Positions 1 through 9,289 of a stretch of 64,000 nt of DNA are shown here, piece after piece (position 1 is the stretch's first letter; the number at the start of each line of letters is the position of its first letter). A program made the translations under genes and the position numbers. The stretch is taken from the NCBI GenBank assembly GCA_964404765.1, contig CAYOLL010000011.1:773-64772 (forward strand), written 5' to 3'. Source of the stretch: an uncultured Gemmatimonadota bacterium. GTDB lineage: Bacteria; 4572-55. The notes under the pieces are model-generated. The model saw only the letters and a list, made by a program, of their open reading frames with translations. It had not been told where the DNA came from and did no database searches.

Positions 1-2552
1 TCATCCTGCGCTCGGATTTTCTGGGCGAATGCACCGAATTTGAGGGCTTGCCGGAGGCAATCAACGAGGCCCAGTATTTAATTCCGCGCATGAGCCGTGT
101 TGAAAAAAATCGGGCAATTACCGGCCCTATCGGCGTCGGGAAGGCCAAGATAACCGATCGTTTGATGGAGCGGCTTATTACGGATTTAGGCGATAATCCC
201 GATGAACTGCCGATCATGCAACATGCTTTGATGCGCACTTGGGATTATTGGGGAACGAATAGCAACCCGGACGAGCCGATTGATGTCCATCACTACGAAG
301 CGATTGGCACAACACGTAGCGCCCTTTCGATTCACGCCGAAGAAGCTTTTGCCGAATTGTCGGATGACCGCACGCGAAAAAATGCTGAAAAAATATTTAA
401 ATGTTTAACGGATCATGGCGCCGATAACAGGGGTGTCCGTCGGCCCACAGCGGTAAAAGATGTTTGCGAATATTTTGATTTTACGGTGTCCGATGTTCAG
501 GAGGTCACCGATTGTTTTCGTCAGGTGGATCGCTCTTTTTTGACACCACCCGCTCATGTAACGCTGCAGCCGGAAACGGTGCTGGATATTTCTCATGAAA
601 GTCTGATGCGGGTTTGGGAACGGTTTATTCAGTGGGTCGCCGAAGAAGCGGAATCCGCCCAAATCTATTTGCGCCTGGCCGCCGCCGCCGCCATGTATCA
701 GGAAGGAAAAGCAGCTCTATGGCGCGATCCGGAACTGGAATTAGCATTAAGATGGCAGGAGCAACAACAACCGACCCGCGGCTGGGCTCAGCGCTACGAT
801 CCTTCGTTTGAACGGGCGGTTGTTTTTCTGGATCACAGCCGGAGCGAGCGTGATTTTGCCGTTGCTACCCAAGAATTGCGGCAAAAGCAGGAATTGCAAC
901 GATCACGTCTGCTTGCTGCCGGTATGAGTTTGGCCGCAGTCTTTTTTCTGCTGGGGCTCCTTTATACGATCAATCTTTATACCGAATCCGAGTCGAATAA
1001 ACGCGAAGCCGTTCGGCAGCAAGAAAAGGCTGTCAAGCAGGAACAAATTGCTGTTAAAGAACGTGAACGCGCTGAAAAAGAGACAAAAAAAGCGGTTGAG
1101 CAGGAAAATATTGCCGTTAGCGAGCGACAACGCGCGGAGACAGAAAAAGAGCGGGCCATCACGCAAGAAAAAATTGCCGTTTCCGAACGTGAACACGCGC
1201 GTATCCAAGAAAAAATAGCCATAAATGAAAGGCAACGGGCCGAGCAGCAAAAAGAAAATGCCCAGGCGCAAGAAAAAATTGCCGTAAATGAACGATTGCG
1301 CGCTGAAAAAGAAAAAGAGAAAGCGGACAAATTGAGTTTGCTATCCTTAGCCCGCGCACTGGCTTTTCAAGCAGTACGAGCCAAAGGTTCGGAAAAAGAC
1401 GATCTGCCGGCTTTGCTGGCCGTGCAGGCTTATCGGCTTAATAAACAAAATAACGGGTCTTTGTATCAACCCGACATATATCACGGACTTCTCAATACTT
1501 CACGCCGTCTAAAAAAAGACCGCCCTGATTTGCGTATTAATCACACCGACAATGTCCGCAGTCTTGCGGCGAGCAGCAAAGGAACGCTGATTATTTCCGC
1601 CGGAGAAGATGGCGTCTTAAAACAATGGCAGATCAATGCTTCCGATGCGCCGACAATTCTTATGCATGCTCCTCAAACGCGCTTTCGCGTTGTCGCCATT
1701 AGCCCTGGCGATCAATATGTGGCTGCCGGGGCATCGGACGGGACGGTGCTGATCAAAAGTCTTGCAAATTCAGAAAAAGAATTCTTATCTGTTAAAGCAC
1801 ATACTGCGGTAATAAGCGGCCTCGTATTTCTCAGTAATTCCCAATTTTTAACGACAAGCCACGACAGTACTATTCGTGTCTGGCAATTACCGGCTACGGG
1901 TCAAATGAAAGTTAAAAATGTTCAGACATTTTCCTGTGCCGGCAGCGTTTTGTGCATGGCGCTTAGTTCGGACCAAAAAACGCTGGCTGTTGGATTGGAT
2001 ACTAATGTAATTGAACTACACAGCATCCAATCGCCGGATCACAATAAAACACATCGCACGGTTAATGCGCGGCTGAGCGCACTCGAATTTAGTACGGACG
2101 GACAAAAGTTAGCGGCTGGATTTGCAGATGGCATTATTCGGGTTTGGGAAGCCAACCATCTCGATGGCGAGTCTGTAATGTTTTTGGGCCATGCCTCCGG
2201 CATCACCGATATTGACTTTAATGCTGATAGCAACTTAATGGCCTCCGGCAGTCTGGATCACACAATTCGACTCTGGTCTGCTAAAAGCCCGGAAGACGAG
2301 CCGGTCGTTTTGGAAGGACATGATAATTGGGTTCTATCTATTGTTTTTGCCGCTGATGACTTAACCTTAATTTCAGGGAGTGCGGATCAAACCGTCCGCA
2401 CCTGGATTACGCAGCCGGATATTTTGGCGCAGCAAATTTGTCAACAAGTCCAACGTAATTTGGTCCTGAAAGAATGGCAAAAATATATAGGCGAAAATAT
2501 TCCGTATGAAGCTTCTTGCCCGGATTATCCAATTGAAACTAACGATAAATGA
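1..2552 (+). CDS. STAND-type NTPase (C-terminal part) - TM helix - E/R/K-rich helical repeat - WD40 beta-propeller protein; 5' partial, gene continues upstream of the window
   Basis: Frame is open from base 3 (the ORF-track 'M' at 48 is a TTG). Motifs LPIMQHALMRTWDYW and DISHESLMRVWERFIQWV...LWRDPELELALRWQ match the linker module that follows NACHT/nSTAND NTPases in bacterial WD40 proteins. Single hydrophobic segment LAAGMSLAAVFFLLGLLYTINLY. About 8 copies of a 13-aa unit QEKIAVSERQRAE. C-terminal WD40 repeats (IRVWQ, IRVWEA, IRLWSA, VRTWI). Confidence 0.7.
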   Translation, partial: ILRSDFLGECTEFEGLPEAINEAQYLIPRMSRVEKNRAITGPIGVGKAKITDRLMERLITDLGDNPDELPIMQHALMRTWDYWGTNSNPDEPIDVHHYEAIGTTRSALSIHAEEAFAELSDDRTRKNAEKIFKCLTDHGADNRGVRRPTAVKDVCEYFDFTVSDVQEVTDCFRQVDRSFLTPPAHVTLQPETVLDISHESLMRVWERFIQWVAEEAESAQIYLRLAAAAAMYQEGKAALWRDPELELALRWQEQQQPTRGWAQRYDPSFERAVVFLDHSRSERDFAVATQELRQKQELQRSRLLAAGMSLAAVFFLLGLLYTINLYTESESNKREAVRQQEKAVKQEQIAVKERERAEKETKKAVEQENIAVSERQRAETEKERAITQEKIAVSEREHARIQEKIAINERQRAEQQKENAQAQEKIAVNERLRAEKEKEKADKLSLLSLARALAFQAVRAKGSEKDDLPALLAVQAYRLNKQNNGSLYQPDIYHGLLNTSRRLKKDRPDLRINHTDNVRSLAASSKGTLIISAGEDGVLKQWQINASDAPTILMHAPQTRFRVVAISPGDQYVAAGASDGTVLIKSLANSEKEFLSVKAHTAVISGLVFLSNSQFLTTSHDSTIRVWQLPATGQMKVKNVQTFSCAGSVLCMALSSDQKTLAVGLDTNVIELHSIQSPDHNKTHRTVNARLSALEFSTDGQKLAAGFADGIIRVWEANHLDGESVMFLGHASGITDIDFNADSNLMASGSLDHTIRLWSAKSPEDEPVVLEGHDNWVLSIVFAADDLTLISGSADQTVRTWITQPDILAQQICQQVQRNLVLKEWQKYIGENIPYEASCPDYPIETNDK
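1000..1330 (+). repeat. Intragenic imperfect 39-bp (13-codon) tandem repeats encoding QEKIAV(S/N)ER(Q/E)RAE units with variable spacers
   Basis: Visible at both DNA and protein level (caagaaaaaattgccgtt..gaacg..cgcgc). The composition is E/R/K/Q-rich, consistent with a long single alpha-helix or coiled-coil spacer. Confidence 0.7.
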
Positions 2553-2744
2553 CCTTGTATATTATCGTCAACAGTTGATCGGGCGTCATTTTGAAAGAAT
2601 CTTTTTTGACGATAGCACAATGCTAATTTAAAAAAAGATTCCTACTGAATGACACCTGTTGCAGTTGAAATAACTCCCGACGAACTTCTGCCGGGCTGCA
2701 CTAGTGCAACGCGGCGTAAGTTCGTGTGAACTTTTTTACGATCA

Positions 2745-2777
2745 AAACCTGACGGGTTTCCAAAACCCGTCAGGTTT
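2745..2777. other. Perfect 15-bp stem / 3-nt loop hairpin (AAACCTGACGGGTTT cca AAACCCGTCAGGTTT), no T-tract
   Basis: Exact inverted repeat read from the sequence, about 190 bp downstream of the stop of CDS 1. Confidence 0.5.
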
Positions 2778-2860
2778 GAGGTCACCCAAACGTATGCCGA
2801 ACACCACTAGTACAATAAATTTTAAACTATCAGACTTTTAAAAAATCGGAAATTTTAAAA

Positions 2861-5086
2861 ATGGCTGATTTGTTCATCTCTTATTCACGACGAAATAAAG
2901 ATTTTGTCCGAAAATTATATGATGCGCTTGCCAACCGGACGGATATAAAAGTATGGGTGGATTGGGAAGGCATTCCGCCCACGGCGGATTGGATGGCCGA
3001 AATTCATTCAGCCATCCAGCAAGCCAATACATTTGTATTTATTATCAGCCCGGATTCGATTGCCTCACCGGTATGCAAGCTGGAGCTGGAACATGCCGTT
3101 AAGCATAACAAACGCCTGATCCCGATCCTGCACATCTTGGATCCAAATGTGCCAAAAGTACTGGCGGATCTGAATTGGATTTACTTTCAGGATACCGATG
3201 ATTTCGAAGCATCGTTTCGGAAACTGGATGAGGCGATTCACACCGATCTGGACTGGGTTAAAATGCACACCCGTCTGCTGGTCAAAGCCATCGAGTGGGA
3301 TGCCAAGCACAAAGACGAGAGTTTTCTATTACGCGGGCGCGATTTGCAGGACGCCAATAGCTGGATGCGCGATAGTACAAACAAAGAACCTATCCCGGCT
3401 CAGCTCCATACCCAATACCTGATTGCCAGCCGTGATGCCGAATCCGTGCGGCAGAAGCGGACCATGGGTTTTATTGCCGTATCGTTAATTGTTGCGGTAA
3501 TTCTGGCCATTTGGGCGGGTTATCAATCGCGCGTAGCGTTTGCCCAACGCGAAATTGCCGAGCAAAAACGAATGGAAGCCGATCAGCAGCGCAACGAAGC
3601 GCTGGTCCAGCGGGAGGAAGCCAATAAACAGCGCAGCCTCGCCATCGAACGGCAGCGGGAAGCGGAATGGGAACGGCTGCGGGCGGATTCGTTGCGCCTG
3701 ACGGCCGAGGCCAATAGCCGGATCGCTCAGGAAAACAGCCAGATCGCAGAAAAAAGACGCATCGAGGCGGAAAACCAAAAGCAACGTGCGGAAATGGAAA
3801 AAGCGAAGGCTGACAGCCTGAAAGGCATCGCCGAGATTAACGAGCGCATTGCGATTTCGCAAAAACAAAAAGCCGACAGCCTGCGCTACCTGTCCGTCGC
3901 CAGAACCATTGCCATTCAGTCCTTGCGGCTGCAGGGCGATGACGCCAATTTAAACGCGCTGCTGGCATTACAGGCTTATCGTATGAGCACGGAAAAAGGC
4001 GGTTCGGCCATGGACCCGGATATGTACAACGCGCTCCGTTCCGGCATTAATCGCTTGCAAAATCCGCAGTACCATATTTTGCGCGGTCATACTGACGAAG
4101 TCCGGCAGGTCATCTATGACCCGGACGGACATTTTTTGCTAAGCTGCAGCGATGACGGCCAAATTTTTATCTGGACAATTGCGGACAGCATCGGTCGGCC
4201 GCAGGTCATTAAAAATCTGAACAATCGTCCGCGCGCACTGGCGCTCTCACCCGATAAGCAATTGCTGGCCGCCGGCTGCGTGGACGGACAGATTCTCTTG
4301 ATTGACTTGCGAAATCCCGATATGATAAGGCAGAGCTTTCCGGCCCATAACGGAATGATAACTTCGCTGGCTTTTTCAGCAGACGGAAAGATGCTAATCA
4401 GCGGCGGTTATGACGGCTATCTTAAAGGCTGGCGCAAAACCGAAGGCCTGATGCCGATTTTGCCTTCACCAATACAGGCCGAGCATATCCCGCTACGAAT
4501 TAACTCCATAGCAATCAATCGAGATGGCCGGTTTTTGGCGGCAGCCTGCGATAGCGGCCTTATTCACTTATTAGATAAGACCACTGGTGAAGTTACAAAG
4601 ATTAGAACGCTTCGGGCGACCCGACTGTCTTCCATTGCATTTAGCAATAATGATCAGTATCTTGCCGTTGGAACGACCGATGGGGCCGTCTTGGTCTGGC
4701 CAATAGCCGATCTTTCCGTAGAACCACTTGGCTTTTTTGGTCATTCTTCGGGAATTACGCAAGTTGTTTTTAGCCGTGACAGTCAATTTCTGGCTTCCGC
4801 CAGTTTTGATAAAACCATCCGTATCTGGAGCATGGAAAAACCGGAAGATCGCCCGATTGTTTTGGAAGGCCATGATTACTGGGTTTGGTCCATCAGCTTT
4901 AATAGCGACGGCTCAAAGCTAATCTCCGGCAGCACGGATCGGACGATCCGAATCTGGATAACCCAACCGGCCCGGATTGCCGAAGAAATCTGTCATTACG
5001 TCAGCCGCAATCTAACCAAGAAAGAGTGGCAGAGCTATGTCGGCCAGGATATTGATTACGAAAAAGGATGTCCGGAATTGCCTTAG
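2861..5086 (+). CDS. TIR domain - TM helix - helical E/R/K-rich region - WD40 repeat protein; paralogous in its C-terminal two thirds to CDS 1..2552
   Basis: N-terminal FISYSRRNKDFVRKLYDAL...SPVCKLELEHAV is a TIR_2-type domain with the S-x-(W/V)C-x-x-E-L glutamate motif. HTRLLVKAIEWD...FLLRGRDLQDANSWM linker module. TM segment MGFIAVSLIVAVILAIWAGY. WD40 repeats (IFIWT, IRIWSM, IRIWIT). The C-terminal ~45 aa (WITQP..ICxxVxRNLxxKEWQxYxGxxIxYExxCP) are conserved with CDS 1. Confidence 0.8.
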   Translation: MADLFISYSRRNKDFVRKLYDALANRTDIKVWVDWEGIPPTADWMAEIHSAIQQANTFVFIISPDSIASPVCKLELEHAVKHNKRLIPILHILDPNVPKVLADLNWIYFQDTDDFEASFRKLDEAIHTDLDWVKMHTRLLVKAIEWDAKHKDESFLLRGRDLQDANSWMRDSTNKEPIPAQLHTQYLIASRDAESVRQKRTMGFIAVSLIVAVILAIWAGYQSRVAFAQREIAEQKRMEADQQRNEALVQREEANKQRSLAIERQREAEWERLRADSLRLTAEANSRIAQENSQIAEKRRIEAENQKQRAEMEKAKADSLKGIAEINERIAISQKQKADSLRYLSVARTIAIQSLRLQGDDANLNALLALQAYRMSTEKGGSAMDPDMYNALRSGINRLQNPQYHILRGHTDEVRQVIYDPDGHFLLSCSDDGQIFIWTIADSIGRPQVIKNLNNRPRALALSPDKQLLAAGCVDGQILLIDLRNPDMIRQSFPAHNGMITSLAFSADGKMLISGGYDGYLKGWRKTEGLMPILPSPIQAEHIPLRINSIAINRDGRFLAAACDSGLIHLLDKTTGEVTKIRTLRATRLSSIAFSNNDQYLAVGTTDGAVLVWPIADLSVEPLGFFGHSSGITQVVFSRDSQFLASASFDKTIRIWSMEKPEDRPIVLEGHDYWVWSISFNSDGSKLISGSTDRTIRIWITQPARIAEEICHYVSRNLTKKEWQSYVGQDIDYEKGCPELP

Positions 5087-5386
5087 TGACTTCATAAAAC
5101 AACAAGCCACAAGTTTTTAACCGCAAAGTTCGCAGAGTCACGCAAAGAAAAAAATATCAGCGTAAATTTGCGTTAAACTTGGCGATCTTTGCGGTAACGG
5201 TTCTCGCGCCCAACGCAAATGTTTGGGACTAATTTTATGATCCAGACGCCCGGAACCTTGAGTAGAATGGCCTGCAAATCATAAATATCTTGTTGACAAG
5301 TAGTCAGTGGACATATTAACTTTATCGTGCCGCTGAAATACAACTCTGAATCGTTTTCATAAACCAAATCCGCAAGTACTCCGACT

Positions 5387-8300
5387 ATGAAAAACATACT
5401 TCCCGGTCTCATACAAAATAAATTCTTAGCAGGCTCACTGCAAGGCACTCTGCAGGCGACGGCTATGTTTATTGATTTGTCCGGCTTTACCGCCATGACC
5501 GAAGCCTTAATGCGTCATGGTGATGAAGGCGCGGAAATCATGTCCGGCATTCTCAATCGCATTTTTAATCCTATTGTAAACCATGTATACCGGAGCGGTG
5601 GGTTTATTTCCACCTTTGCCGGCGATGCCTTTACCGCAATCTTTCCCAAAAAAGAAGTCCGTCCATTCGATGTATTGGTTTGTGCCAAAAAAATCCAGGC
5701 GGCCTTAAAACGCTTTGGCCGGCAGCAGACCCGATTTGGTGAATTTGTAATCAAAGGTAAAATCGGCATCTCCTTTGGCCAGGTGGAATGGGGTATTGCC
5801 GGCAGTGAGCACAAAGCCTACTTCTTCCGCGGCGAGGCAGTTGATTGCTGTGCGAAAGCTGAACATTGCGCGGAAATTAATGATATTATTTATGATAGCG
5901 CCGTTCAGACCCAATGTCCTTCAAAGTATTTGACCGCACAATCCTTGCCAGATGGTTTTTTTCGACTGAAAACTGTGGAGGCTCTGACCAAAATCAAGCC
6001 AATAAAAAAGCCACAGGCCGGTCGGTTGCGACGTACTGTCGCGGCCCAATTCTTCCCCGAAGCGGTGATCGGCTTTGCCCAACAGGGCGAATTTCGCAAC
6101 GTGGCCACCGTCTTTATCTCCTTTGCCGGTATAACCGCCAAGGCCGAATTAGATGCGTTAGTTTCCATCGCCATCAACCAGACCGAAACTTATGGCGGCT
6201 ACTTCAATAAAATTGACTTTGGCGACAAAGGCGGCGTAATGGTGGTCGTTTTTGGTGCGCCGGTCGCCTACGAAAATAATACCGATCGCGCTCTGGATTT
6301 TATCCTGGCCTTGTGCCATGAAGTTGCGGATGCCGCCCGGCTTAAGTCGCTTAAATTAAGGGCGGGTATTACCTACGGCCTGGCTTATGCCGGTTTTATC
6401 GGCGGGCTCAAGCGCTGTGAGTACACAGTTATTGCGGACGTTGTCAATTTAGCCGCCCGGTTTATGGCCAAGGCCGAATTTGGCCAGATCTGGACTTCCG
6501 AAAGCATCGCCAAAAACGCCGGCAGCGTCTTCCAATTCGAGCCGTTGGGCGCGTTTGCATTCAAAGGCAAAAGTGACAATATCCCCGCCTATAGCCTGAC
6601 CGGCAAACAAATCCGGGCGACCCAGGCCTTTGGCGGCAAACTGGTCGGGCGCAGCGAGGAGTTACAGCAAATCGCCCAAGCCTTCGCCCCGCTGCCGGCC
6701 GGAAAATTCGGCGGCATCGTTTATGTTTATGGCGAGCCCGGCGTAGGCAAATCGCGCTTAGTCTACGAACTCAAGCAGCAGCATGCTGACTACTTATGGC
6801 TATATCTGCCGTGTGACGGCATTCAACGCAAGCCTTTCAATCCCTTTTTACACTGTTTCCGCGGCCTGTTTAATCAAGACCCGGAACAGAATCAGGCGGC
6901 CAACCGCGAACAATTTGAGCGGGTTTATCAACATCTGACGCAACAGATGTCTGATGAAACGCAGCGCGAAGAACTTAAACGGCTGCAACCTTTTTTGGCC
7001 GAATTTCTGGGCATTGTGTATGAAGACTCACTCTTTAGTCAATTAGACGCCAAACTGCGCTATGACAACACCTTATACGCTATTAAGGAAACCCTGAAAT
7101 CGGTCTGTGCCCTGCGTCCGCTGATCCTGGAACTGGAAGATTTGCAGTGGATTGACGCCGACTCCCGCGAAGCCTTTAAAGTGCTGTGCCGCAATATTGG
7201 CGATATTTCGCTTCTAATCGTCTGCACCAGCCGCTACTTAGATGATGAGAGCAAGCCGACGCTGCCCATTGAAGGCCCGACGCTGGCCATAGACTTGAAC
7301 TCGCTTAGTGAAGCCGGTATGACCGAATTGGCTGAAACCTTGCTGAACGGCCCTATTTCGCCTGAACTACGTCAAAATCTCAAGCAAAAAACGGAGGGCA
7401 ACCCGTTCTTCGTCGAACAAACCCTGCTATATTATCGCGAATTTGGCATTATCGCTAATGCTGATGAGGTCTGGCGTATTGTTAAGGACGAGGCGGTCAT
7501 TCCGTCCAGCATCAACGACCTGCTGATTTCGCGCATCGACCGCCTGTCCGAAAAATTGAAGGAAGCCGTCCAAACTGCGTCCGTGCTAGGCAGCGAGTTT
7601 GATATCCAACTCCTGCAAAAAGTACTCGGCCAAATCAGCAAAAGCTGGAAAACCGCCGAAGTTAGAACCCAATTGAAAGAAGCGGAAGGCGTTCAGGTCT
7701 GGTCGATCCTATCCGAACTGCGCGGCATCTTTGCCCACGCTCTGATGCACGATGTGGTCTACCACATGCAGTTGCGGTCACGGTTGCGGCTGATCCACCG
7801 CACCATCGCCCAAATCATTGAAAAGCTTTTCGAGGACGACAAAAAAGTATACGCCGACCTGGCCTATCACTACGAACGCGCCGAAGAGACCGCCAAAGCC
7901 ATCGACTACCTGCACAAAGCCGGCGACTACGCCCGCGAAAACTACCACAATCAAGCCGCTCTTGACTACTTTGACCGCTTGTTGACCCTCCTGCAAAAGC
8001 AAATAAATATGCCGCTAAATGATTTGACCGTGGAGCAGGTAACCGCCGATAACCACCCGCTGATTGAGATCTTTGTCGATGCGTCTTTAAAGCGCGGCAA
8101 TGTTTCGCAGACGGTGGGGAAAGTTGAACAGGCGCGCCAGCATTTGGAGATCGCGCGGAAACTGGCGGAAACGCTTGGTGATGAGGATCGAATTACCCGG
8201 GCGAATGGGGAAATGGGCAAGTGGTTTTATTTTCAGGGCAAATATCCGGAAGCGATGGCATGTTACCAAAAACAACTTGAGATAAGCAAACGCTTAGATA

Positions 8301-9289
8301 TTCAAAAACAAATAGCATTGGCTTTAGACAATATTGGTATTATTAATGTACTTCGTAACGAAACAAACAATGCAATTGCAAGTTTTAATGAGGAGTTATC
8401 GATTAGTCAAAAGCTTGACTATACATTTGGAGTTTGCCAAGCAATTTGTAACATGGGTCAAGCCTACCTGAGTTCAGGTGATTTCAGCAGAGCATCCGAA
8501 AAATATGAAGAACTTATTCGGATAAGCAAGCAAGCTGGAAATATTAATTTTAGTTCACTCGGCATTGGCAATTTGGGCATCGTTCATTATCATCATGGCG
8601 ACTATACCAAGGCGATTGAATGTTTTGAGGAAAAGTTACGCCTGAGTTATGAAACAGGCAACATGAATGAAATTTCCGCGGCAGTTGGCAATTTAGGCGT
8701 AATGTACGCGGAAATTGGCGATTATGACAAAGCGCTACGCAGCCATCAGCGCAAGTTATTCTTGAGTCAGGAATTAGGAAATCGGGGCGGTATTGCGCTC
8801 GCGTATGGTAATATTGCCAACACCCTTAAAGCAATGGGAACCTACACGGATGCCCGCAATTACTATGAGCAAGCCATAGTGATCCTTCGTGATCTTAAAA
8901 GCAATTATCATTTAGTCGAATTTTTAATCGAAAGCGCTGACTTGGAAACTCGTCAACAGAGCTGGCAAATTGCAATTCAACTCTTGGAAGAAGGTCTTAG
9001 TTTAGCTGAGCAGACCAAGCGAAATGATTATATTTTAAAAAGCCAATTACTGCGAGAAAAAATCGACTTTATCAAAGGTGACCGGAACTCAGCGCTTCAA
9101 AATATAATTGCTATGACAGGCACAGTTAAGTCTTTGTCTGTGTTGAGTGATATTTATTATGAACTATGGCAAATGACCGGTAAAGCGGAGTACGCGGATA
9201 AAGCCAAAGAAACATATCGTCAATTATTCATTGAAACCCCAAAGGCGGAATATAAGCGCCGTCTTCAAGAATTGGAGAAATCCTTATGA
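5387..9289 (+). CDS. Class III adenylate/guanylate cyclase (tandem CHD domains) - AAA ATPase - TPR repeat protein
   Basis: First CHD has FIDLSGFTAMTE...FAGDAFTAIF (metal-binding D and GD present). The second CHD lacks the first Asp (FISFAGIT), which suggests an intramolecular pseudo-heterodimer. Walker A YVYGEPGVGKSRLV. The C-terminal third is TPR-like repeats (YHNQAALDYFDRLL, GDYDKALRSHQRKL, etc.). The AC-AAA-TPR architecture is well known, e.g. mycobacterial Rv0386-like proteins. Confidence 0.85.
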   Translation: MKNILPGLIQNKFLAGSLQGTLQATAMFIDLSGFTAMTEALMRHGDEGAEIMSGILNRIFNPIVNHVYRSGGFISTFAGDAFTAIFPKKEVRPFDVLVCAKKIQAALKRFGRQQTRFGEFVIKGKIGISFGQVEWGIAGSEHKAYFFRGEAVDCCAKAEHCAEINDIIYDSAVQTQCPSKYLTAQSLPDGFFRLKTVEALTKIKPIKKPQAGRLRRTVAAQFFPEAVIGFAQQGEFRNVATVFISFAGITAKAELDALVSIAINQTETYGGYFNKIDFGDKGGVMVVVFGAPVAYENNTDRALDFILALCHEVADAARLKSLKLRAGITYGLAYAGFIGGLKRCEYTVIADVVNLAARFMAKAEFGQIWTSESIAKNAGSVFQFEPLGAFAFKGKSDNIPAYSLTGKQIRATQAFGGKLVGRSEELQQIAQAFAPLPAGKFGGIVYVYGEPGVGKSRLVYELKQQHADYLWLYLPCDGIQRKPFNPFLHCFRGLFNQDPEQNQAANREQFERVYQHLTQQMSDETQREELKRLQPFLAEFLGIVYEDSLFSQLDAKLRYDNTLYAIKETLKSVCALRPLILELEDLQWIDADSREAFKVLCRNIGDISLLIVCTSRYLDDESKPTLPIEGPTLAIDLNSLSEAGMTELAETLLNGPISPELRQNLKQKTEGNPFFVEQTLLYYREFGIIANADEVWRIVKDEAVIPSSINDLLISRIDRLSEKLKEAVQTASVLGSEFDIQLLQKVLGQISKSWKTAEVRTQLKEAEGVQVWSILSELRGIFAHALMHDVVYHMQLRSRLRLIHRTIAQIIEKLFEDDKKVYADLAYHYERAEETAKAIDYLHKAGDYARENYHNQAALDYFDRLLTLLQKQINMPLNDLTVEQVTADNHPLIEIFVDASLKRGNVSQTVGKVEQARQHLEIARKLAETLGDEDRITRANGEMGKWFYFQGKYPEAMACYQKQLEISKRLDIQKQIALALDNIGIINVLRNETNNAIASFNEELSISQKLDYTFGVCQAICNMGQAYLSSGDFSRASEKYEELIRISKQAGNINFSSLGIGNLGIVHYHHGDYTKAIECFEEKLRLSYETGNMNEISAAVGNLGVMYAEIGDYDKALRSHQRKLFLSQELGNRGGIALAYGNIANTLKAMGTYTDARNYYEQAIVILRDLKSNYHLVEFLIESADLETRQQSWQIAIQLLEEGLSLAEQTKRNDYILKSQLLREKIDFIKGDRNSALQNIIAMTGTVKSLSVLSDIYYELWQMTGKAEYADKAKETYRQLFIETPKAEYKRRLQELEKSL

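Noticed and set aside
5293-5325. Sigma70-like promoter TTGACA-N17-TTAACT upstream of the cyclase gene
   Set aside because: The -10 element is weak. FCB-group bacteria generally use a different consensus (TTG ... TAnnTTTG), so I do not report it as a feature.
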